Origin: an uncultured Spirochaetota bacterium
Lineage (GTDB): Bacteria; Spirochaetota; Spirochaetia; SZUA-6; Fen-1364
Assembly: GCA_963781885.1 (NCBI GenBank)
Contig: CAWAHW010000004.1
Span: forward strand, 192,001 to 256,000
Length of the DNA: 64,000 bases
Reading direction: 5' to 3'
Shown: positions 22,358 through 31,611 of the stretch, piece by piece
How the letters are laid out: each line of letters opens with the position of its first letter
Position numbering within the stretch: position 1 is the stretch's first letter
Program-made: the position numbers and the translations under genes
Notes under the pieces: model-generated
Databases searched by the model: none
Told to the model about the DNA's origin: nothing
Seen by the model: the letters and a program-made list of their open reading frames with translations, nothing else

Positions 22358-23198
22358 CGTCCGGCTCCTCTCCCAATTCACGCAGGGCCTGGCGCAACTC
22401 GTGGTCCGAAGGAACGTTGCCGTGCCAGGAGCTCTGGTTCTCCATGAAGGAGACTCCCTTTCCCTTGGTGGTCTTTGCAATGACGATGCTGGGCCGGTCC
22501 CCCTTTTTCGCGGCGCTTTCCAGCGCGCTGATGAGAGAACCGGTGTCGTGTCCGTTGCATGGAATGACGTTCCATCCGAAAGCGGCCCACTTGTCGGCAA
22601 GGGGCTCGAGGGGCATGACGTCATGCACGAATCCGTCGAGCTGCACGTCGTTGTTGTCCAGGATCACCGTCAGGTTGGAGAGCTTGAACTTGGCCGCCGA
22701 CATGGCGCCTTCCCAGATGATGCCGGCCTGCGACTCGCCGTCGCCAATCAGGACATAGGTCCGATAGTCCATTCCCTTCCACCGAGCGGCGAGCGCCAGA
22801 CCTGCCCCCACGGCGATACCGTGTCCAAGGATGCCGCTCGTCATGTCCACCCCCGGTGTCTTCAGCCTGTCGGGATGGCTCTGGTGCGGGCAGCCCACCT
22901 CTCCCCAATCATTCAGGGATGACGGAGCGAAGAATCCGCGCCGGGCGAGGGCCGCATACAGCGCCGCCGACGCGTGTCCCTTTGAGAGAATGAACCTGTC
23001 GCGCTCCTCCCAGAGAGGCAGCGCAGGATCCAGACGCATGACGCGGAAGTACAGGACTGCAAGGATTTCCGCCGCGGAGAGGGCGCCCCCGGGATGCCCC
23101 GCGCCGCGTCGATGGATCATGCGCAGACTGTCCACCCTGAGCAGGCGGGCCATCTCGTCAAGGTCGCACATCTTTTCTCCCTCTCCGCGCGGGGACAT
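22350..23198 (-). CDS. Transketolase, N-terminal (ThDP-binding) subunit
   Basis: GHPGGALS, DRFILSKGHA, GDGE...DNN, TTKGKG. Confidence 0.92.
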   Translation of the reverse strand: MSPRGEGEKMCDLDEMARLLRVDSLRMIHRRGAGHPGGALSAAEILAVLYFRVMRLDPALPLWEERDRFILSKGHASAALYAALARRGFFAPSSLNDWGEVGCPHQSHPDRLKTPGVDMTSGILGHGIAVGAGLALAARWKGMDYRTYVLIGDGESQAGIIWEGAMSAAKFKLSNLTVILDNNDVQLDGFVHDVMPLEPLADKWAAFGWNVIPCNGHDTGSLISALESAAKKGDRPSIVIAKTTKGKGVSFMENQSSWHGNVPSDHELRQALRELGEEPDDA

Positions 23199-23201
23199 TC
23201 G

Positions 23202-25050
23202 CTAGAGTCCTATCTCATGCCGGAGCGCCTGGACCGAGTCGCACCATGGACCCACATTCCAGCGCCCCCAGACTCCCATGCCGCCCAGCGGGTCTGCGCC
23301 GAAGTACACGGGAACGTGGACGAGCGAGAGTCCCGGGTGCCTGCCCGCTTCCACCAGCGCCGCGCGAAGGGCTTCTGGTGTCCGGCCGCCGTCCACCGCG
23401 CGCACGCCGGGAACGGACCGTGCCCAGGCAAGGTAGTCCACCTTCAGCGTGTTCCAGGTCGCAAATCCCCTGCCGTACTGATCGTTCTGCAGACCGGTGA
23501 TGGCACCCATCCTGCCGTTGTCCAGCAGGACGATGCAGCCGCGCGCGCCATGCTCCGCGCCGTCGATCAGGACCTGGGGATTCATCGTGAAGGAGCCGTC
23601 ACCGGTAAAAGCCACAGCGGAGAAGGGCTTGTCCGCCGCCGCGGTTGCAAGAAGCGCGGACACGGCGAATCCCATGTAGGATGCCCCGGCCTCCGTCAGC
23701 GTGACGCCCGGGCTCTTCATCCTCCACCACCTGAAAGCCGTTGGCCTGCACGTCCCCCGCGTCGAAGAAACACACGGCACCACGCTCCCGGGCCCACGAT
23801 GCCGCGATCCCGATGACAGCAGGCTGGGTGAGCACGGGCCCGGCCCAGTACTCGTCCTTCAGCACGGGGTTGCTGAACCTCTGTCTCTTGAAGTCCTGCC
23901 ATTCGGCCTTCTTCTGTGCGCAGGAGTCCGCCCAGCCCCCGCGTGCAAAGCCTCCGCCAAGCGCCTGGTTGAGCCTCCCCAGCGTGCGCTCCGCGTCCCC
24001 GACGAGCGCGAGCGAGTGGCGGTAATGCGTAGCGTCCTCGAAATCCGCGTTGATATTGATCACGCGCTTCACGTTCGGATAGCCCGTGCGGGAGCAGTCT
24101 GACTGGCAGACGGCGCGCGTGCCCACGGCCACCAGAAGGTCCGCGTTCTCCATGGCGTGGTTCCCGCAAAGGGAGCCCTTTGAGCCGCCCACGCCCATGC
24201 ACTGCGGGTGCGAATAGGGAATGCAGCCGGAGGCGATGGGCGTGAAGACCAGGACTCCACCCGACAACTCCAGCAGCTTCTCCAGTTGGGCGCGCGCCGT
24301 CCTGCCGCCTCCGCCCACCTTGACCAGCACCCGTTGGGCATCGCGGATCCACCCCGCGGCCGTCTCGTAGTCGCCGTTGGCGGCGGCCAAGGCGGTTGCG
24401 CCTGTCGCGGAAGGAATCTCCGGAAGCTCGGCGGTGTTGAACCCACGGATCAGCGTGGACTGGGTGTTCAAGGGAAGAAGGAGGTAGAACGGAGTGGGCC
24501 GATACGGATGGTCCACGGCCGCCGCGCCTCGCTGAAGCGCAGTGGACAGGGCAAGAGGAGTATGGAGGCTGTACGCCCTGCCCATTGTCGCGGCCAGCCG
24601 CAGGAAAAGTCCCTGCTCGGGCCGGGGGACCTGCTGCATGTTATAGCCTTCGTCCTCCGTGGTTTCGTCCCCCATGAGGTACCAGACGCCAACTCCGTCC
24701 GATGCCGGGGCGATCGAAGCTGCCAGGGCCTGCAGCGCGCCGGGACCGATGGAGGTGACAACCGCGGCCTTCTCTCCCGTTGCCCACCGCAAGGCCATGG
24801 CGGCGTGGGAGGCTTCGATTTCATTACGGACCGCGAAGACCCTGGCCAGACCTGCTTCCTGGTAGACCCGAAGGACTTCGCCGATCTCCGTGGAGCCATG
24901 CCCGAAGACCGCGAAGTACTTCCTCACTCCCAGTCGGAGCAGGCCGAGCACGAGCGCCTCGGACAGGGTGACGTCCACCCGTGCCGGCAGCGTCCCACCC
25001 TGTGCCAGAGATCGCGCGCGTGCCAGTCGTTCTGCTCCTGCATCGTGCAT
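23202..25050 (-). CDS. IolD-like ThDP-dependent hydrolase (frameshift near 23705)
   Basis: FGHG, RNE, TSIGPGA, LMGDE as in IolD; the ThDP motif GDGS...DN is in the second frame (ORF 23202-23783). Confidence 0.75.
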
Positions 25051-25058
25051 GCCGTCTC

Positions 25059-25802
25059 CTATCGCGGCCCGGAGGCCTGACGCTCCCCGAGCGCCTTTCC
25101 GACTTCCACCGCGATGGCCGCCAACTCAGGCAGGCGCTGCGGCGTCATCCGCGTGGCGGGACCCGAGATGCCCATGGAGCCTACGACCCTTCCCCTGAAG
25201 TCCACCACCGACACCGCAATACAGCGGATGCCGAGGTCGAACTCCTCGTCGTCCACGGCGTAGCCCTGGCGTCTCACTTCCCCGAGCTCGCGCTCCAGTG
25301 CGGCAGGATCCGTGATGGTGCGTTCCGTGTAGGATTCCAGCGTCTCGGGCATCGGGATGTCCGTGAAAGCAAGCAGCACCTTGCCCAGCGCCGTGCAATG
25401 AAGCGGCCCTGTCTGCCCGACCTGTACGTTCACCCGGAGCGTTGCCGGAGATTCGACCTGGTCGATATAGAGCGCCTTGCCCCGCGACTCCAACGCAAGG
25501 TGCGCACACTCCCCCGTGCGTTCCATGAGCTGCCGGAGGAAGGGCTTGGCCGCCTCCCGCCACGGAAGCCGCGCAAGCACGCTGCGGCTCAGTGTGACCA
25601 CCCGCGGACCAAGATGGTAACGCCGGGTCGCCTCGTCCCGTTCGACATAACCGTTATGCGCGAGCGTTGAGGCAAGCCGCGAGGCGCTCGCCTTGTCCAC
25701 GCCGAGGGCGTCCGCCAGCGCGGTCACCGAGGTGCCTTCCGGCGCCTGGGAGAGCAGGTCGAGGATGTTGAGGCCACGCGTAAGTGACTGAATCTCTGTC
25801 AT
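25059..25802 (-). CDS. IclR-family transcriptional regulator
   Basis: IQSLTRGLNIL HTH, PLHCTALGK, GYAVDDEE. Confidence 0.93.
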   Translation of the reverse strand: MTEIQSLTRGLNILDLLSQAPEGTSVTALADALGVDKASASRLASTLAHNGYVERDEATRRYHLGPRVVTLSRSVLARLPWREAAKPFLRQLMERTGECAHLALESRGKALYIDQVESPATLRVNVQVGQTGPLHCTALGKVLLAFTDIPMPETLESYTERTITDPAALERELGEVRRQGYAVDDEEFDLGIRCIAVSVVDFRGRVVGSMGISGPATRMTPQRLPELAAIAVEVGKALGERQASGPR

Positions 25803-25803
25803 C

Positions 25804-25840
25804 GTTGCGCATAATACAACAGGCATGAGTATTATGCAAC
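25804..25840 (-). promoter_or_regulatory. Promoter with overlapping inverted repeat (probable IclR operator, leaderless-type start)
   Basis: Minus strand TTGCAT-17 nt-TATTAT-8 nt-ATG with no RBS; inverted repeat GCATAATAC...GTATTATGC. Confidence 0.6.
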
Positions 25841-25868
25841 AAAAATCGCCCAATAGGGCAAGCAGAGC

Positions 25869-27044
25869 TTAGCTTGCGGCCGCCGCCTGATGGGAGAGTA
25901 TGACGAGGTACCGGTCCCGCACCTCGCGGACGACGTTTTCCCAGCTTCGGCAAAGCGTGGCCTGCGCGTTCATGCCCGCACGCTCCAGCTCCTGCGGGTT
26001 CGACAGTATCTGGACGACCCTTGCGGCAAAGGCCTCCACGTCTTCATCCGCCAGGAATCCGTTTTCATCGTCGCGTATCACTTCGGCCGACGTGGAGCCG
26101 CGGAGCAGGACCGATGGGGTCCTGAACGCCGCGGCCTCGCGCACCACCAAGGGCGCGTTGTCGAAGAGCGAAGGAAAGAGGAAAATGTCGCTCCGGGCGT
26201 AAATCGACGCGAGCTTCCTGCGATCGAAGATCGACCCGCAAAACGTGACGCGGTCGCGTATTCCAAGCTTTCCAACCAGTGCGCGCAGCAGTAGCTTTGC
26301 GCATCCATCGCCGACAAAGACCATCCGGAAGCCTGGGAGCGCGGACATGATGCCGGGAAGCGAACGCACCAGGAACTCCAGGTTCTTCTCCCGGATGTGC
26401 TGCCCGACGAACAATCCCACGATGGCCTCTTCGCCCATTCCCAAGAGCTCCCCTCCCCTTTGCCGCAGCGGTGACAGGTCATGCGGAGGGGTAAAATCGA
26501 TGCCGTTCTCCACGACGTCGTAGGGCCCGCCATACCCGTATTCCCGCAGCGTCGCGGCGACGGATTCCTGGGGGATCCGAACATGGTCCACCGAGTAGTA
26601 GAACTCGACGATGCGCTTCATCTGCTCGTCGACGAGACGTTCTATCGGGATGGCGAGCCGGAGGTTGTCGCGAAACTTGGAATGGAAGGTCGCCACGATG
26701 GGGATGCCCATCTCGCGGGCGGTCTTCAGCGCCTTGCGGCCGGCCCCGAAGGGCGAATGGGCGTGGACGATGGAGAAATCGCGCTGCGTAAGCAGCGTCC
26801 GCAGCCTGCGGTCCATGTCGGGGAGCCCGATGCGGTAGGGGGGATGGACGAACGTGGGAATCGACAGGAAGCGGATGACGGGAAACGCTTCTTCGTCGCA
26901 GTGAAAAGGCACGGAAGGCGCCACGACGCAGGTGGGCCCCAGCAACCTGTTGAGCCAATAGGCGTAGTTCTGCACGACGATGGTGACCCCGTCGATGATG
27001 GGCACGTAACTGTCGTTGAAAAGGCCGACCGCGACGTCCCTCAT
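25869..27044 (-). CDS. GT4 glycosyltransferase (diacylglycerol glucosyltransferase-like)
   Basis: FNDSYVPIIDGV, HAHSPF, EKN, FLFPSLFDNAPLVVREA. Confidence 0.85.
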   Translation of the reverse strand: MRDVAVGLFNDSYVPIIDGVTIVVQNYAYWLNRLLGPTCVVAPSVPFHCDEEAFPVIRFLSIPTFVHPPYRIGLPDMDRRLRTLLTQRDFSIVHAHSPFGAGRKALKTAREMGIPIVATFHSKFRDNLRLAIPIERLVDEQMKRIVEFYYSVDHVRIPQESVAATLREYGYGGPYDVVENGIDFTPPHDLSPLRQRGGELLGMGEEAIVGLFVGQHIREKNLEFLVRSLPGIMSALPGFRMVFVGDGCAKLLLRALVGKLGIRDRVTFCGSIFDRRKLASIYARSDIFLFPSLFDNAPLVVREAAAFRTPSVLLRGSTSAEVIRDDENGFLADEDVEAFAARVVQILSNPQELERAGMNAQATLCRSWENVVREVRDRYLVILSHQAAAAS

Positions 27045-27883
27045 AGTCTTATCCTCGCGTCCTCTTTCAGAGATGCATAGAGCCGCTGATCCAGTCTTTG
27101 ATTGTCCTTCAAGGATTCGATCAGGACGATGGCCTTTTGCGGACAATGATGGATGCACCGCGTGCACAGCTCGCAGCGCTCCGGGACGTGGATGGGGACC
27201 TCCCCCGAGGCGATCCACGCGCCTCGCTTGCACGCGGCCGCGCATGCGCCGCAGAAGGTGCATCGCTCCGGCAGGACGCGGAATTTTCCCCGCCACCCCT
27301 TGAATCCATCGAGGATCAGGACCTGCAGCAGCCATGTGAATGGCGTATACCACTTGAGCGCCGGGATAAGACCGCGCGGCTGGGTCGCGGCACACACGCC
27401 GATCTCTTCGGCGATCGATCGCAGTTTCTGAGGAAGCCGCTTCTCGAAACGGTACAGCCAGGGCACGAGACGGCCGGGGAGGACGCACGTCACGTCGCTT
27501 CCGGGCGCGCGGACGACCTTCGAGCCCGCGACAATGATCCCCCGCTTCCTCAGGCTGAGCGCGCACGTGCGGATCGAATTCTCCGAGTAAAGCTCATCGG
27601 TCGTCACGATGTACGAGGCCCGAGGCGGATCGAAGGGACCCAACCTCTCGATGAATTCCTGCATCGACGGCGCGGGCTTCAGGAAATAGGTCGGATAGCA
27701 GAACACCAGGAAGTCGGAATCCGCCGCCTGCTCGGGGGCGCGGGGATCGTAGACCCCGGTCACGCAGGCGTCGTTCTTCGCGGACAGGATTTCCCCGAGA
27801 AGCTCCGCGACGAGCCTCGTCCCTCCGGTCCCCGAATAGTAGAGCAAAGAGATCCGGCTGCGGCGCGCAGGCGTGTCATCCAT
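27041..27883 (-). CDS. EFR1-family flavodoxin-ferredoxin protein
   Basis: YYSGTGGT and two CxxCxxCxxxC motifs. Confidence 0.85.
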   Translation of the reverse strand: MDDTPARRSRISLLYYSGTGGTRLVAELLGEILSAKNDACVTGVYDPRAPEQAADSDFLVFCYPTYFLKPAPSMQEFIERLGPFDPPRASYIVTTDELYSENSIRTCALSLRKRGIIVAGSKVVRAPGSDVTCVLPGRLVPWLYRFEKRLPQKLRSIAEEIGVCAATQPRGLIPALKWYTPFTWLLQVLILDGFKGWRGKFRVLPERCTFCGACAAACKRGAWIASGEVPIHVPERCELCTRCIHHCPQKAIVLIESLKDNQRLDQRLYASLKEDARIRL

Positions 27884-27901
27884 GCAATCGGTCCCGATCC
27901 C

Positions 27902-28741
27902 TCAGACCCCGCGCCTTCGGGGCAGATCCGACGTGGCTTCCGCCTCTGCCTCGCCGAAACCGCCCCAGAGACGGTGAATCGCGCGCATGGCCAAGCCCCG
28001 CGGGACCAGACGGCCGACCATGGCCAGCACCCGGTTGCAGAAACCCGGGATAATGATCGCCTTGTTGCGCGTGACGCCCTCCAACGCGGTGCGCGCGATA
28101 TGCCCGGGAGTCAGACAGAACAGGCGCGGCAGGAAGCCGAGCTTGTCCACGTAGTCTCCGACGGCAGCGGTCGTCTTGAAGGCGTTCGGACAGAGAACGC
28201 TCACGCCGATTCTGCCGGAAAGCTCCTCCCGCACGGCGAGGCTGAAATTGAGAACGAAGCTCTTGGTCGCCGAATAGACGGAAAGGGAAGGCATCGGGAA
28301 GAAGGCGCCGAGACTCCCGACATTCAGGATATGAGCGCTCTCGAGGCCCTCGAATTCGGCAACGAAGAACCGCGTCAGGCGGACGAGGGCGATCGTATTC
28401 AATTGCATGACCGATTCTTCATAGTCGATGGCGGAATCCGCGAACGGCCCCACCGCCCCGATGCCGGCGTTGTTGACAAGGAGGTCGATATCGAGCCCTT
28501 TCGATCGAATCATTTCGATGAGGCGATCGAGTGTGGCGCTGTCCGTCAGGTCGGCCTCCAGCCAGTCGACCGAGACGCCGTGTTCCCGAGCGATCGAATC
28601 GCTCAATTCGGGCAGTCCACTGCCCGGCAGCGCCACGAGCAGAAGATCCATGCCGCGGGCGGCGCACTCTCGAGCGAAGGCCCTGCCAAGCCCAAGGCTC
28701 GCACCGGTGATCAGCGCGCAATTGTATGTTTTGCCAGACAT
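27902..28741 (-). CDS. SDR-family oxidoreductase
   Basis: TGASLGLG, NNAG, YSATK. Confidence 0.9.
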   Translation of the reverse strand: MSGKTYNCALITGASLGLGRAFARECAARGMDLLLVALPGSGLPELSDSIAREHGVSVDWLEADLTDSATLDRLIEMIRSKGLDIDLLVNNAGIGAVGPFADSAIDYEESVMQLNTIALVRLTRFFVAEFEGLESAHILNVGSLGAFFPMPSLSVYSATKSFVLNFSLAVREELSGRIGVSVLCPNAFKTTAAVGDYVDKLGFLPRLFCLTPGHIARTALEGVTRNKAIIIPGFCNRVLAMVGRLVPRGLAMRAIHRLWGGFGEAEAEATSDLPRRRGV

Positions 28742-28864
28742 TTTTCCCCTCGTGCCGCGTTTACTCAGGATGGACATCTCAGGCTATTACACTATCAAAC
28801 ACCGCGGCGTCATCGATATGCCCCCTGCCCGGGCGGCGCATCCTTTGCGGGTGACGCGTGAGGG

Positions 28865-30517
28865 CAGCAATTCTAACTATGGGTCTGTACGGGACGCAAT
28901 GCCGTAGATTACCGGGAACGCCCGTCTAGTATTCGCTATGAGTTGCATGCCGTACACTTGCCCTCAGAATGTCAGGAGGGGAGACGTTTGAGGCCCTGAT
29001 GTCCCTTCTCATGGGATGCGTCGAGAGGTTTCCAGATCGACGAACGGGCAAGAATACGCAGTTCTCCCTTGAAGATGTGACGCGCGGGGCTTTCGGAGTG
29101 TTCTTCTGTCAGAGTCCCTCCTTTCTGGCCTTCCAAGAGTTGATGCAGCAACAGCAGGGTAAGAACAACGCACGGAGCCTTTTTGGGGTCCAGCAGATTC
29201 CCTCGGACAACCAGATCAGAGCCTTGTTGGACCCCGTGGATCCCTCACTGTTGAATGCAGTCTACGAGAAGTGTTTTGATCTGATGCAGCAGCGCGGGCT
29301 TATGCAACCGATGAGGTCCTTTGCCAACTCGCTTCTGGTGGCCTTGGACGGCACAGGGTATTTCCTGTCGGAATCCATCCACTGTCCCTCCTGCATGGTA
29401 AGCAATCACCGTGACGGACGAGTCACCTACACACACTCCGTGCTGCTTCCCGCGGTGGTCAGTCCCCAACAGGCCCATGTGGTGGCGCTGCAGCCGGAGT
29501 TTCTCAGTCCCCAGGATGGCCATGATCGGCAGGACTGCGAGTTTCAAGCGGCCCTGCGCTGGATCGAGCGCTACGCTGCGCGATTGAGCCCCTTAGGAGT
29601 GACGCTGCTGGGAGATGACCTGTATTCGCGAACCCCCATCATCACTCGCGCCGTGCAGCAGGAGCTGGATTTCATCTTTGTTGCCAAGCCGGTCATGCAC
29701 AAGCACTTGTTTGAGGAGATTGAGGGCTTGGAGAAACTGGGCGGGGTGCACACCCTGCAACGCAGCGCCTGGACAGGTAAGGATCACCGTCACTACCACT
29801 ACCGCTGGATCAACGATGTCAGCCTGACCGCCGAGAAGGATAGCCCGGTGGTCTCATGGGTGGAATTGCAGATTCTCGACGACAAGGGCAAGGTCACTTA
29901 TCGCAACTGCTGGGTCACCAGCCACCCCATCAGCGAACAGACGGTGGTGGAGGTGGTGAACGCGGGTCGATGCCGCTGGAAGGTTGAGAACGAGAACTTC
30001 AACACACTGAAGACGAAGGGATACCACTTCGAGCACAATTTCGGCCATGGCCAGCAGTATCTGTCGCAGACACTGCTATCGCTGAATGTGATTGCCTTTC
30101 TTTTTCACACCCTTTTACAGCTCATGGATAGCCGCTGTGCCCTGCTTCGCTCGACACTGCCGCGTCGGGATACCTTTTTTCAACACGTTGCCACACTGAC
30201 CCAGTATCTGTGCTTTGACAGTTGGGTGGCTCTGATGCAGTTCATGGTGAATGGGCTGCACCTGCCTGACCCAGACGGATAGTTCACCGATCCTGCCTGC
30301 CTTCATAACACCCCTACAGAACCACCCTCCCTCCTGCGTGGCCAACCTTGGACGGGTGCTTGCTGTAAGTCCCCTTCCGCGCCTCACAACTCCGGCGGAC
30401 CTCCATTCAAACTTTCTCCTCCACCAAAGTCCTAATCCCGGATTCCCACCTGGGCGCATATACGCCATAGATTCCCTCATGCCAACCAAACGTCTTTGGC
30501 CATAATGCGAATTGCTG
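28865..30517 (+). mobile_element. Complete insertion sequence (1653 bp, ISNCY/IS4-like DDE type)
   Basis: Imperfect TIRs CAGCAATTCTAACTATGG / CCATAATGCGAATTGCTG (15/18), 9-bp TSD GCGTGAGGG at 28856-64 and 30518-26, lower GC than flanks. Confidence 0.92.
28969..30282 (+). CDS. DDE transposase
   Basis: VALDGT, LLGDDLY, GRCRWKVENENFNTLK; intact 437 aa. Confidence 0.92.
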   Translation: MSGGETFEALMSLLMGCVERFPDRRTGKNTQFSLEDVTRGAFGVFFCQSPSFLAFQELMQQQQGKNNARSLFGVQQIPSDNQIRALLDPVDPSLLNAVYEKCFDLMQQRGLMQPMRSFANSLLVALDGTGYFLSESIHCPSCMVSNHRDGRVTYTHSVLLPAVVSPQQAHVVALQPEFLSPQDGHDRQDCEFQAALRWIERYAARLSPLGVTLLGDDLYSRTPIITRAVQQELDFIFVAKPVMHKHLFEEIEGLEKLGGVHTLQRSAWTGKDHRHYHYRWINDVSLTAEKDSPVVSWVELQILDDKGKVTYRNCWVTSHPISEQTVVEVVNAGRCRWKVENENFNTLKTKGYHFEHNFGHGQQYLSQTLLSLNVIAFLFHTLLQLMDSRCALLRSTLPRRDTFFQHVATLTQYLCFDSWVALMQFMVNGLHLPDPDG

Positions 30518-30651
30518 GCGTGAGGGGCCCTTTCTTGCGTGCGCTCCGGCGGTGTGTTATTATGGAAGCGTTCGAACAGAAAGGCATAATGTTGTGTAGA
30601 CATCGTGTGTGTTCCCTTCAATCCCTCCCCAAATAGACCAAGGAGGCCCCC

Positions 30652-30765
30652 ATGAGTGCGGTATGGGCATGGCTTGTCGACGTGGCGGGACTTTCCGGGC
30701 TGGCAGGCGATGTTCGCCTCCTGCCGCAAAGCCATTGCAGCGCCTTGCGCGCGATGGAGGAATGA
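30652..30765 (+). CDS. Possible 37-aa leader peptide (MSAVWAWLVDVAGLSGLAG...)
   Basis: AAGGAGG RBS; stop 3 nt before the next ATG. Confidence 0.35.
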   Translation: MSAVWAWLVDVAGLSGLAGDVRLLPQSHCSALRAMEE

Positions 30766-30768
30766 ACC

Positions 30769-31602
30769 ATGGCCGACCAGGTTTTCCGTCCACAGGCTTT
30801 CGAAGACGTCGAAGACGCCGGCTTGTCCGAGGCGGACTCGATGCTGCAGCGGGAAGGGGAAATGGACAAGACACTGGGAGACGCCACTCAGCAAGTGAGC
30901 ATCGAGGCGGAACGGGACATGGACACCTGCCCATTCGACATGGGAATCTCACAACCCCGCGCAATCAGCCTTCTCAAACTCTGTGAGCTGTGCGCGCAGC
31001 CGGTCCCGGCCCAGATTGCCGCGACCGTCGGCACGTCCCGATGTCCTTTCCTGCTCATCCACCAGGTAACTCCGTTCAGCAAGTTTGGATACCCCCCCAC
31101 GCGCGTGTGGGGGCTGGGCTACCAGGTGGACAATCTCGATGCGGGTCTCGTGCCGGTTGATTTTGCGCCTCGCAGCGAGTTCTTGGAAGTCGGTGGGTGG
31201 GCGACCGACATGAAGCTCGGCGTCGCGGCGGACGGCAGTTTCAGCCTGGATCCGTAGCTGATCCGCGCAGCCCAGACAGTGCCGGGCCTTTCCCTCCAGG
31301 GCGCCTCGGTGTCAGCGGCAATCAACAGCAGCGTATCTTTCGTGCTCAAGCTCAAACTGGATGTCCTCAAGATCATGGCCGGCCAGGTCGGCTGCGGGGC
31401 GAGATGGGACTTCGTGGAAAGAGACGAACGGATCGACAGGGCGTTGACAATGGTTCAGACGCTCATGGTCCGCGACACCACCAAGTCCCTCCACATGCAG
31501 GTACGGTCGTGGGTGCGGCGCAGAAGGAAGCTTCTCCCGGGTGGCGCGGCTCGAAGCTGGATCGTCGGGCCGCACGCCTTCACGGTCGGGCTCGAAACAT
31601 GA
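30769..31602 (+). pseudogene. 277-codon beta-rich hypothetical protein with one in-frame TAG (31255-57); candidate pore-forming effector
   Basis: ORFs 30769-31257 and 31279-31602 share a frame, GGAGG precedes only the first, protein-like sequence continues across the stop. Confidence 0.65.
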
Positions 31603-31611
31603 GGGGGTCAT

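Noticed and set aside
23202-25050. Programmed frameshift in the IolD-like gene
   Set aside because: No slippery heptamer at the break; more simply an indel error like the others
25869-27566. N-terminally extended ORF calls (GT4 565 aa; also 21404-22624, 38688-39974, 49122-52256, 18303-19607, 62160-63479)
   Set aside because: Extensions overlap neighbouring real genes; internal starts with 4-8 nt overlaps fit better, so these are not fusions
31255-31330. Pyrrolysine or recoded TAG
   Set aside because: Many clear genes here end in TAG (trpS, trxA, transposase) and no pyl genes are visible
30769-31602. Bacterial gasdermin
   Set aside because: Size and CHAT linkage fit, but there is no N-terminal Cys or P-x-x-x-x-x-P-L/G pattern and the acidic segment is N-terminal rather than C-terminal; kept only as an analogue
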